From Candidatus Mayfieldus profundus (lineage in GTDB: Bacteria; Actinomycetota; Thermoleophilia; Solirubrobacterales; 70-9): a DNA stretch of 64,000 bases. A program made the translations under genes and the position numbers. Below, piece after piece: positions 36,577 to 45,045 of the stretch. Position 1 is the first letter of the stretch. Each line of letters begins with the position of its first letter. The stretch is from assembly GCA_038040325.1 (NCBI GenBank), contig JBBPIM010000004.1:29325-93324 (forward strand), read 5' to 3'. The notes below the pieces were generated by a model that saw only the letters and a program-made list of their open reading frames with translations, searched no databases and had not been told where the DNA came from.

Positions 36577-38071
36577 GCCACTGCCCGAGGCGCAGCGCAA
36601 CGCGCTGCTGCGGTGGGTCGACTGGCGCTTCCTACTGCGCCAACAGGACGTTCCGCGCACACTGGACCTGACCTCGGGCCGCACCTCGCGGGCCGTGCAG
36701 CTGGTGACGGATACCGCGCCGGTGGCGCCCGGCACCGCCGACCTCGTCGTGCTCGGGCGTCCGACGCGCGCAGCGCTGGACACTGCGCGGAAGGCCCTGC
36801 GTCCAGGTGGCGAGGTGGTCTGCCTCTCGCGGGTGCCCATGCCCGCTGGTGTACGGCGGGTGCGCGGCCGGCTCGAGCGAGCCGGCTTCACCGACGTGCG
36901 CCTGCATTGGCCCGGCCCGCTGCCGCACCGGCCACCGCAGTTCTGGCTTACGCTCGACTCGCGGGCCCCCGTGGAGCGCGTCCTAGCGATGCGGCCGGCG
37001 CAGTCGCGAGCGATGGCGGCCCTACGGCCGCTGTGGCGCGCCGCCGCCCGCGCAGGCCTGCTCGCACCCCTCTGCGCGGTGGCACGTGCTCCCGGCGCAC
37101 CTGGGGACGCCACGGATTCGCGGGACGAGATCGACGCGCTGCTGCCGGGGTCCCAGTCCTGGGTGCTGCTCACGGGCGGAAAGCGCAGCATCAACAAGGT
37201 CGTCGGACTGCCCTTCGCCGAGGGGGAGTCCGAGCCACCCGTGGTGGTCAAGTTCGCCCGGGTGCCCGAGGTCGAGGCCGCGCTCGACCGCGAGGCGGAG
37301 GTGCTGCGGCTGCTGGAGGATGAGCGTCCCGAGGTACCCGGCATCCCGCGCCTGCGCGCGCGGGGCCGACGCGCAGGCCGGCTCGCGCTGGTCGAGAGCG
37401 CCATCGACGGGCGACCGCTGCTCTCCGCGCTCACGCCGGCGACGTTCGGCGACCTCGCGCTGCGCGTGACGCGGTGGCTCGTCGAACTCGCCGGCAGCGG
37501 CACGCCGCAGCCGGTCGCGGGATGGTGGTCACGCCTCGTCGAGGGACCATTGGGCGAGTTCGAGCGCAGCTTCGGGAGCGTCCTTGACCCGGGCACCGCC
37601 GAGCGTGCCCGCCGGCTGATCGAGGGCTTGGGCGACCTGCCGCAAACCCCCGAGCACCGCGACTGCTCGCCATGGAACGTGTTGCTGACCGGCACCGGTG
37701 CGCCCGCGCTTCTCGACTGGGAGTCCGCCGAGCCGTGCGGGCTGCCGGCGCTCGACCTCACCTACTTCCTCGCCAATGCCGCGTTCGTATTGGACGGGGC
37801 GCTCGAGGCGGGCCGCACCCGAGAGACCTACGCGCGCCTGCTCGACCCCACGACTCCGTACGGCCGCGTGGCCGCGGCCTGTCTCGACGAGTACTCGGGT
37901 CGGCTCGGCCTCGATCAGGACGCCCTGCCCAGGCTGCGGCTCCTCTGCTGGATCGTCCACTGCCGGTCGGAGTACCGCCATGCCGAAATGGAGATTGCCG
38001 CCACGCCCGACACCCAGGCACTGCGGGGAGGCGTGTTCCTCGGTCTCGTGGAGGAGGAGCTGCGCCGGTGA
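36554..38071 (+). CDS. protein-kinase-like (APH/choline-kinase fold) phosphotransferase with N-terminal degenerate methyltransferase-like region
   Basis: 'HRDCSPWNVLLTGTGAPALLDWESAE' is the HxDxxxxN...D catalytic-loop pattern of APH/ChoK-like kinases. The N-terminal 'ADLVVLG..TRAALDTARKALRPGGEVV' is Rossmann/MTase-like. Overlaps the upstream gene by 23 nt. Confidence 0.6.
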   Translation: MARMAAPEPLPEAQRNALLRWVDWRFLLRQQDVPRTLDLTSGRTSRAVQLVTDTAPVAPGTADLVVLGRPTRAALDTARKALRPGGEVVCLSRVPMPAGVRRVRGRLERAGFTDVRLHWPGPLPHRPPQFWLTLDSRAPVERVLAMRPAQSRAMAALRPLWRAAARAGLLAPLCAVARAPGAPGDATDSRDEIDALLPGSQSWVLLTGGKRSINKVVGLPFAEGESEPPVVVKFARVPEVEAALDREAEVLRLLEDERPEVPGIPRLRARGRRAGRLALVESAIDGRPLLSALTPATFGDLALRVTRWLVELAGSGTPQPVAGWWSRLVEGPLGEFERSFGSVLDPGTAERARRLIEGLGDLPQTPEHRDCSPWNVLLTGTGAPALLDWESAEPCGLPALDLTYFLANAAFVLDGALEAGRTRETYARLLDPTTPYGRVAAACLDEYSGRLGLDQDALPRLRLLCWIVHCRSEYRHAEMEIAATPDTQALRGGVFLGLVEEELRR

Positions 38072-38835
38072 GTTCCACAGGCCAAACAGGCCTTGGCGCC
38101 AAGCTGGCGGCGCTGATCGAGGAGCGGCTCGCGCTGATGGCGCCGGCGCGGCGCCTGCGCCTGGCCCTTGCGGACGACATCGTGACGCGCTACGCCGGCG
38201 AGCGCCCGATCCGCGTGCTGGATGCAGGAGCCGGCGACGGCTTGCTCTCCCTGGCGATCGCCAAACGGCACCCGCGCTGGAGCGTGCTCGGCGTCGACCT
38301 CCGCGCGGACCTGCTCGACGGCGCACGCGCCCGGGCGCGATCGCGATCACTGCACAACGCCAGTTTCGAGCCGGCGGACCTCACCGAGCCGCTACCGGCG
38401 TCCGGGTTCGATGTGGTACTCGCCCTCGAATGCCTATCGGAGATCCCCGATGACGAGCAGGCGCTGCAGATGATGGCGGCGGCACTCGCACCGGGTGGAC
38501 TGTTGGTGGTCCAGGTCCCCGACCGGGAGTGGAGGCCCCTCCTGTCGGGTAGCGCGGCGACATGGCGCGAGCAAGTGCGCCAGGGCTACAGCGCCGAACA
38601 GATCGCTGCGGCGCTACGGCGTTCGGGGCTCGAACGCGTGGATGTCCAACCGACTTTCCGCACGACCGCCGCGTTGGCGCAGGAGATCCGCGATCGGATC
38701 AAGGACTCGAACCTCGCGATCCGCGCAGCCGCGTTCCCTGTGCTGGCGGCGGCGGTGCGCCTCGAGCGCTGGGGAATCACCGGCGGGCGGCCGAACGCCC
38801 TGCTCGCCGTCGCGCGGCGGCCGGACGGGACCTGA
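38068..38835 (+). CDS. class I SAM-dependent methyltransferase
   Basis: GTG start overlapping the upstream stop (GTGA). Motif I 'RVLDAGAGDGLLSLAIA', 'VLGVDL', 'FDVVLALECLSEIPDD' and 'LAPGGLLVVQVP'. Confidence 0.75.
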   Translation: MSSTGQTGLGAKLAALIEERLALMAPARRLRLALADDIVTRYAGERPIRVLDAGAGDGLLSLAIAKRHPRWSVLGVDLRADLLDGARARARSRSLHNASFEPADLTEPLPASGFDVVLALECLSEIPDDEQALQMMAAALAPGGLLVVQVPDREWRPLLSGSAATWREQVRQGYSAEQIAAALRRSGLERVDVQPTFRTTAALAQEIRDRIKDSNLAIRAAAFPVLAAAVRLERWGITGGRPNALLAVARRPDGT

Positions 38836-38843
38836 GCCGGCGC

Positions 38844-39668
38844 TCACCTGACGTACCGCCGTAGCGCCTCCTCCCACGCGCGCTCGGAGTCGTCAGCGGC
38901 GACGGCGCCGTCGAGCGTCGGTTCCGCCGTTGCGCGGAATCGGGTCGCATAGAAGTTGTGGTAGACGAGGTCGCCGAAAACCGTGCCGACGTCGCCCGGA
39001 CCGCGCTGGCTGGTGACTTCGAAGAAGTGGAGGTGCGGAGCCTCGCGTGCGGACATCACCTCGCCGACGTCCCCCGACGCGTCACGCCCGGGCTCGCGCG
39101 GCCGGTAATAGGAGCGGAACGAGTGGGCCTGCTCGACGAAACGCGCGGTTCGCATCGCCCAGCAACACGGGTGCACGTACTCACGGTTCAGCCGCGCCCC
39201 GGAGATCCGCGCGCCGCGGTTCAAAGGCGCGAGCAGCTCGTCGAGCCAGCGGTCGTGCAAGGGGAAGGCATCGACGTCGAGCGCGACGCCGTACTCGGTG
39301 TCGCACAGCAAGATCCCGAGGTCGAGCGCGAGCTCGTGCCCCACGTTGACTGGAAGCAGCACCGCGGACGCCTGCGGATGCGCACTGAGACGATCGCGCG
39401 ACTCGTCCCCAGACCCGTTGTCCACCACGAGAATCTCGGTCTCGGGAGGACTTCGGCGCCTGACCACGTCGATGAGAACCGCGAGGTGGTCCCACGAGTT
39501 CCAGTTCACGGTGACGACTGTGACGCCGCCGGGCCGCAGCGCGCCCATGCGTCGGCGGGCGCGGGCGCGCAGCAACGGAAGCGCGACGCGCCATCCGACG
39601 ATCTGCGCCAGCCGTTGCAGACGGGAACGCGTCGTCACGGGGATGTGGCGCACGGCAAACGGGATCAC
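38844..39668 (-). CDS. glycosyltransferase family 2
   Basis: 274 aa with 'VTVVTVNWNSWDHLAVLIDVVRRRSPPETEILVVDNGSGDES' and 'LDVDAFP'. Confidence 0.7.
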   Translation of the reverse strand: MIPFAVRHIPVTTRSRLQRLAQIVGWRVALPLLRARARRRMGALRPGGVTVVTVNWNSWDHLAVLIDVVRRRSPPETEILVVDNGSGDESRDRLSAHPQASAVLLPVNVGHELALDLGILLCDTEYGVALDVDAFPLHDRWLDELLAPLNRGARISGARLNREYVHPCCWAMRTARFVEQAHSFRSYYRPREPGRDASGDVGEVMSAREAPHLHFFEVTSQRGPGDVGTVFGDLVYHNFYATRFRATAEPTLDGAVAADDSERAWEEALRRYVR

Positions 39669-39712
39669 GTCACTGGTTTCCGTCCCGGATAGGACTCTAT
39701 GGTCTGCGATCT

Positions 39713-41350
39713 ATGGAGTTGAGCGTCGTCATCGCAAGCCACAATCGCCGCGAGCCCCTGCGCAGATGCATCGAAGCGCTCCGCCAGCAGACGCAGGATC
39801 CCAGGAGCTTCGAGGTCATTGTTGCCGACGACGGCTCAACGGACGGGACGGCGGAGATGCTCGAGCGGCTCGATACACCCTTCCGCCTGCGGGCTCTGCG
39901 GCTGGAAGAGGTCGGCCCGTCCGCCGCGCGGAACGCCGCCATTCAAGCCTCCCGCGGGACCCTGTGCCTCCTTCTCGGCGATGACGTCGTCGCCGAGCCG
40001 GAGCTCCTCGCCGCGCACCTCGCGGCCCACACGGACACTGAGCGGCTCCTCGCTATCGGCAGACTCACGCAGGAGCCTCCGACGGGCCGCTATTGGTACG
40101 CGCACGCCTTCGCCCAGGCGTGGAACCGACACTACGAGGGATTGGCAGACAAGCGTCCCCGCTGGACCGACTGTTACGGCGGCAACCTCTCGGTCGCGCG
40201 GGCGGCGCTAATCGAGGTCGGCGGATTCTCGGCGGAGCTCCCGGCCGCGAGCGCAACGCTGGACATCGAGCTCGCCTTCCGCCTGCACCGAAAGGGCTAC
40301 CTGCCGAAGTATCTGCCGCTCGCGCATGGCGTGCGCAGCGATCAGAAGCGGCGCGGTCGGCTGCTCGAGGATTCCCGGCGCCAGGGCGCTGGTCACGTGG
40401 AGCTCGCCCAGCGCCACCCGACCACGATGCCGCAGCTGCTCGGCTGGTTTGGCGCAACCACTCCTCGGGAGATCGTCCTGCGCCGGGTGCTGCTCGCGCT
40501 GCGCATGCCTGCGGCTGCGCTTGCCGTCATGGGTCGGCTCGTCCCGGGCCGGAATCGGCAGGAAGTCTGGTTCGAGTTCGTTTCGCGGTATGCGTACTGG
40601 CGCGGGGTCCGGCGAAGCATGAGTCGCGGCCGATGGCTGCAGGTAACCCGCGGCGTCCCGGTCCTCATGTATCACGCGTTCAGTGAGGCCGACGAGTCAG
40701 ATCGATTCGTCGTCACCAGGCGAGCCTTCGCACGCCAGATGAGGGTGCTCCGGGGGTTGCGCTATCGCGTCATCGCCTTCGACGACCTGGTCCGCACACT
40801 GCGAGAAGGCCAACTCCCGCCGCGCCGGGCAGCGGTGATCACGATTGACGACGGTTACGTGGACAACTTCGAGATCGCGCATCCGATCCTGCGGCGGCAC
40901 GGCTTTCCGTGGACGATCTTCCTTGTCAGCGAGCGGCTCGGCGGCAGGAATGACTGGACCGATGACGGGACGCTCAGCGGTCGTCCGCTGCTCTCGCTGG
41001 ATCAGATCTCGCGATTGCGCACCAACGATGTCCGACTGGGTGCCCACACGCGCACCCACTGCTATCTGCCCGAGGTTGCAGACGACGTGGTGTCACAGGA
41101 GATAGAGGGTTCGCGTGAGGATCTCGAGCTTCGTCTCGGGATTCCTGTTCCGACGTTTGCCTATCCGTTCGGTGGCTACGACGACCGCGCGGTCTCGGCG
41201 GTCAGCCAGACCGGTTTCACCGGCGCCTGCACGACTGAGCCGCGCCTGGTCCGTCTCGACGACGATCCTCTGGTGATTCCGCGGATCGAGGTCAAGAACT
41301 CCGATTCGCTGCTGCGATTCCTTCTCAAGCTCTCTTTCGGCGGCTATTGA
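39713..41350 (+). CDS. bifunctional GT2 glycosyltransferase / polysaccharide deacetylase (CE4 NodB-homology)
   Basis: 545 aa. N-terminal 'LSVVIASHNRREPLRRCIEALRQQT..FEVIVADDGSTDGT'. The C-terminal CE4 motifs are 'ITIDDGYVDN', 'GAHTRTH' and 'FAYPFGGYD'. Confidence 0.8.
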   Translation: MELSVVIASHNRREPLRRCIEALRQQTQDPRSFEVIVADDGSTDGTAEMLERLDTPFRLRALRLEEVGPSAARNAAIQASRGTLCLLLGDDVVAEPELLAAHLAAHTDTERLLAIGRLTQEPPTGRYWYAHAFAQAWNRHYEGLADKRPRWTDCYGGNLSVARAALIEVGGFSAELPAASATLDIELAFRLHRKGYLPKYLPLAHGVRSDQKRRGRLLEDSRRQGAGHVELAQRHPTTMPQLLGWFGATTPREIVLRRVLLALRMPAAALAVMGRLVPGRNRQEVWFEFVSRYAYWRGVRRSMSRGRWLQVTRGVPVLMYHAFSEADESDRFVVTRRAFARQMRVLRGLRYRVIAFDDLVRTLREGQLPPRRAAVITIDDGYVDNFEIAHPILRRHGFPWTIFLVSERLGGRNDWTDDGTLSGRPLLSLDQISRLRTNDVRLGAHTRTHCYLPEVADDVVSQEIEGSREDLELRLGIPVPTFAYPFGGYDDRAVSAVSQTGFTGACTTEPRLVRLDDDPLVIPRIEVKNSDSLLRFLLKLSFGGY

Positions 41351-41363
41351 GACGGGAACCGGC

Positions 41364-43064
41364 CTATGGCCGTGTCCCGAGCATCCGGAGCAGCCTCCGC
41401 CGCCAGCGATCCGACCAGCGCGCCGTGGCGAGCTTGACGCGCAGGGCGCGCAGCGTGTCGCTGGCGAGGATCTCGATGCGCGGCAGCGCATAGCGATCGG
41501 CGCCGAGCTCCACTATGCCCGGGCGCACCGTGAACGCCGCCGCGTAGCCGGCGCTGCGCGCGCCCGCCGCCACCTCGGCCGACCACTCGCCGTAGGGGTA
41601 GGCGAGCACCCGCGGGCGGGGAAGCCCCAGCGCCTCCAGCGCGCCAGCCGAGCCGCGCAGCTCGCCGTCGAGCTCCTCGGGGGGCACGCTCGGCAGCGAG
41701 CGGTGCGTCATCGCGTGGGAGCCGACCTCGACACCGTGCGTCGCGACGGCGCGAAGCCTTTCGGCGTCCAGCAGCGCCAGCTCGCCGGCGCCGGGGTGGC
41801 GGCGCCACTCGTTCGTTCCCCCCACGTGACCGGCGACGGCGAACACCACCGCCGGGATCCCGCGCTCGGCCAACACTGGGCATCCCTCGTCGAGCAGGTT
41901 GGCGTAGGCGTCGTCGAAGGTGACGAGCATCGCGCGCGGCGGCAGGGGCCTCTCGCCCGCAAGCGCAGCCAGCAACGAGTCAAGGTCGATGAAAGTCCAG
42001 CCCTGGCGGGCGAGCGCGTCCAGCTGCCCGGCGAGGCGCTCGGCGGGGACGCCGTACTCGCGCAAGGCGTCGTCGTGGCGCAGGTCGGCAATCGCGTGGT
42101 ATGCGAGCACGACGGCCTGCCCGGTCGACCGCGCCCGCCGGAAATGCCGTGCGCCGCGCTGGTACTCGAGCGTGCGCAGCGCGAAGAGCAGCTTGCGCAG
42201 GCGCTCTCCGCGGTGGCCGCTGCGCACCAGCGCCACGACGAGCGCCCGCAGCGGCCAGCTCATCGCTCGGGGTGCCGCGACGAGCGGGCCCAAGGTCCAG
42301 CGGCTGCGCCGCGTGTGGAAATCCGGGCCGTGCCCGAGCCGCTCCGCCTGCTCGGGGTGCTTGAGAATCAGCGCCTGGTCCGAGCGCCCCGCGTCGCAGG
42401 AGCGGCGCAGGAAGTCGGCCGGGTCCACGTCGTAGTACTGGTAGCTGATCGCGGCGGGGTTGAACGCGACCCGGAGGCCCATCTTCATGACGCGGTAGCC
42501 GAAGTCGATGTCCGCTCCAGGGGACAGGCCGTCGCGGGTGAAGCTTGCGTCGAAGCCGCCCGTGCGCTCGTAGGCCGCGCGGGAGATGGACATCTGGCCG
42601 GTCAGCAGGTCCTCGAGCCCAATTTCTGCCCCATCGGCGCTCAGCCGCTCCCGCCGCGCATTGGCCCAGAAGCCCACGCCCCAGCTGAGCAAGTTGGGGG
42701 GGGAGTCGGGGTGCAGCGGCAGGTCGCCGAGCACGAGGTCCGCGCCATCCCGCTGGGAGCTGTCGTGCTCTGCCAGCAGTGCGGGATCGGCCTCCATGTC
42801 GTCGTCGAGGAACAGCAGGACCTCGCCGCCGGCCGCTGCCGCGCCGGCGTTGCGGGCCGCCACGTTGCCCCGGTTGGGCTGCTCGAGGACCTGCAGGGGG
42901 AAGGCTACGTCGAGGGCGCGGAGCGCCGCCGCCGTGCCGTCGGTCGAGCCGTCAACGACCACGACCACCTCGAAGTCGCGGTACTGCTGGCGGTCCAGTG
43001 CAGCGACGATCCGCGCGACCAGGTCACGCCGTTGAAAGGTGGGGATGACGATGCTGAACCGCAC
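41364..43064 (-). CDS. bifunctional GT2 glycosyltransferase / polysaccharide deacetylase (CE4 NodB-homology), paralog
   Basis: 566 aa. N-terminal 'MRFSIVIPTFQRRDLVARIVAALDRQQYRDFEVVVVVDGSTDGT' and 'FLDDDM'. The C-terminal CE4 motifs are 'VTFDDAYANL', 'GSHAMTH' and 'LAYPYGEW'. Confidence 0.8.
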   Translation of the reverse strand: MRFSIVIPTFQRRDLVARIVAALDRQQYRDFEVVVVVDGSTDGTAAALRALDVAFPLQVLEQPNRGNVAARNAGAAAAGGEVLLFLDDDMEADPALLAEHDSSQRDGADLVLGDLPLHPDSPPNLLSWGVGFWANARRERLSADGAEIGLEDLLTGQMSISRAAYERTGGFDASFTRDGLSPGADIDFGYRVMKMGLRVAFNPAAISYQYYDVDPADFLRRSCDAGRSDQALILKHPEQAERLGHGPDFHTRRSRWTLGPLVAAPRAMSWPLRALVVALVRSGHRGERLRKLLFALRTLEYQRGARHFRRARSTGQAVVLAYHAIADLRHDDALREYGVPAERLAGQLDALARQGWTFIDLDSLLAALAGERPLPPRAMLVTFDDAYANLLDEGCPVLAERGIPAVVFAVAGHVGGTNEWRRHPGAGELALLDAERLRAVATHGVEVGSHAMTHRSLPSVPPEELDGELRGSAGALEALGLPRPRVLAYPYGEWSAEVAAGARSAGYAAAFTVRPGIVELGADRYALPRIEILASDTLRALRVKLATARWSDRWRRRLLRMLGTRP

Positions 43065-43076
43065 TGCCTGCTCAGG

Positions 43077-44036
43077 CTAATCCTTCGGGACAAGCCGCCT
43101 CGCCAGAGGCGGTGCGGCCAGCGCCAGAGCGGCAATCATTCGTGCTCGCGCCTCGATGCCCCTGGAGGTGGCGAATCCGAGCAGCCGGTTTCGAGGGCCG
43201 GAGTCGAACAGCGCAGCCTGCGTCTCCGCAAGCACTGCCCTGGTGCGGTGCATGCGAAGCGAACGCATCAGAACCGGGCGCTCTGCGGGCTCGAGCGCCG
43301 GATTGAGCTTCACCTTCTCGAGCAGGCGAACGCGGTACCACAAGCTCGACACTCTGCTGGCTGTGAGGCTGCCCGAGTGCAGTCGATAGTCGTAGTAGGG
43401 CTCGTCGACGAGCCCCACCTGAGCGCCTCCGAGGATGAAGCGCGCCCAACAGTCCCAGTCGTATGCAATCGGAAAGCTCTCGTCGAAGCCACCGATCGTC
43501 CGCAGGCGGGCCAGCCGCATCGCGGGCCAGCCGCCGACGAAGCAGCTCTGGAGTATCGCCGTCCGTTGGTCCTCGAGCGGAAACGGGTTGGAGGCAACGA
43601 AACTGCCCACTCCCTTGCCTTTCACCACAAACCGGGCATCAGTCGTGACCAGGTCCAGGTCAGGGCGGGAGACAGCCAGATTCGCTAGAGCTTCGAGGCG
43701 CCGCGGGTGATAGGCGTCGTCGGCGTCGAGAATCACCATGAACTCCCCTGACGCTGCGGTTGCTCCCGCATTCAGAGCGGACGCTCCGCCTCCATTCTCC
43801 TTCCTGATCAGCGTGACGCGATCGTCAAACGGGGCGAGCGCGCGTTCGAGGTCGTCTGTCGACCCGTCATCGACGACGATGATCTCGCGCGGCTGATGCA
43901 CCTGGCCAAGCGCCGAACGGATCCCGTCACCGATTGTCGCTGCCGCCTGATAGGCGGGAATGACGATCGAGAAGGTGGGCGGTGCAGCGAGCGGTTCAAC
44001 CGGTTCTCGTGGCGGAGGAGCGAGCACACGGCTCAT
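43077..44036 (-). CDS. glycosyltransferase family 2
   Basis: From the ATG at 44036: 'TFSIVIPAYQAAATIGDGIRSALGQVHQPREIIVVDDGSTDD', 'GGGASALNAG' and 'ILDADD'. The upstream part of the track ORF does not look protein-like. Confidence 0.75.
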   Translation of the reverse strand: MSRVLAPPPREPVEPLAAPPTFSIVIPAYQAAATIGDGIRSALGQVHQPREIIVVDDGSTDDLERALAPFDDRVTLIRKENGGGASALNAGATAASGEFMVILDADDAYHPRRLEALANLAVSRPDLDLVTTDARFVVKGKGVGSFVASNPFPLEDQRTAILQSCFVGGWPAMRLARLRTIGGFDESFPIAYDWDCWARFILGGAQVGLVDEPYYDYRLHSGSLTASRVSSLWYRVRLLEKVKLNPALEPAERPVLMRSLRMHRTRAVLAETQAALFDSGPRNRLLGFATSRGIEARARMIAALALAAPPLARRLVPKD

Positions 44037-44123
44037 GGAACTGATCCTAGTCTCGGAAGGCGCTGGCATCGTGCGCGCGGAGGCGCGGCTCAGGGCATCT
44101 TGACCGCTCGCAATACTTGGCTC

Positions 44124-45035
44124 GTGGTGAGTCTGGTCATGCCTGTATGGCAGCCGAATCATGCATGGCTGCGGCAAGCGGTGCACAGCGCGCTCGAGCA
44201 GCGAGATTGCTCGATCGAGCTGATCGTCGTCGACGACGGGAATCCCGAACCCGTCGCCGGACCGTTGAGGGAGTTCGACGATCCCCGCCTCGTGGTCGTT
44301 CGCGTTCCGCATGGTGGTGTCAGCCGGGCGCGAAACGCAGGGATCGCTCGGGCCAGCGGAGACGCGATCCGGTTCATCGACGCCGACGACGTCTTGGAGC
44401 CCGACAGCACCGCACGCCTCCTGCGCCTCAGCGGCTCGGATGGGGCGATCGCCTATGGGAGCACGCTCGTCTGCGATCCCCAGCTACGGCCAGAAAAGGT
44501 GATCGAGTCGACGGAACAGGGAGATTCCCTGGTCGGATGCCTGATGGGCCGGTTCACGGTCAGCATCGTCTCGATGCTCTTTCCGCGCCAGGTCGTGTCG
44601 GCGGTCGGCGAGTTCGACCCGGAGCTCGAGGTGAAAGAGGACTACGACTACGTGCTGCGCGCGCTCGAGCACGCGCCGGTTCGCGGTGAGCGTGCGATCG
44701 CCACGCGGTATCGGCGGCATGAGGCGTCGACAACCGCCGCCACCCAGCCGGAGGATCAGAGCGGCATGTACGCGTTCGAGAAGCTGTTCGACCGACGTCC
44801 GGACCTGCGCGGCACCGAGCTCGAGCGAGCGGCCCGCGCCCACATGCACGTAGTCGCGGCAGAGCGACTCATGCTCGGCGGGCGCTACGGTGGATTCGCG
44901 CGCGAGCTGGCGTCAGCGATGCGCCAGAACCCGAGAGGAGCGGCACCCGAGGTGGGCAGGGTGGTCGCCAGATTCCCGCGCGCAGCGACGAGGAGGGCTC
45001 TCAGCTCAGTTGCGGCACGAGTCGGGCGCCGTTGA
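44124..45035 (+). CDS. glycosyltransferase family 2
   Basis: Start at GTG 44124 (alternatively ATG 44139): 'VSLVMPVWQPNHAWLRQAVHSALEQRDCSIELIVVDDGNPEP', 'GVSRARNAG' and 'FIDADD'. Confidence 0.7.
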   Translation: MVSLVMPVWQPNHAWLRQAVHSALEQRDCSIELIVVDDGNPEPVAGPLREFDDPRLVVVRVPHGGVSRARNAGIARASGDAIRFIDADDVLEPDSTARLLRLSGSDGAIAYGSTLVCDPQLRPEKVIESTEQGDSLVGCLMGRFTVSIVSMLFPRQVVSAVGEFDPELEVKEDYDYVLRALEHAPVRGERAIATRYRRHEASTTAATQPEDQSGMYAFEKLFDRRPDLRGTELERAARAHMHVVAAERLMLGGRYGGFARELASAMRQNPRGAAPEVGRVVARFPRAATRRALSSVAARVGRR

Positions 45036-45045
45036 GAAGTCCCGC

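Noticed and set aside
35251-37761. 836-aa minus-strand ORF
   Set aside because: It is antisense to three plus-strand genes that carry clear GT4, kinase-like and GT2 motifs. Its composition is dominated by Arg/Ser/Pro/Ala, so it is a shadow ORF.
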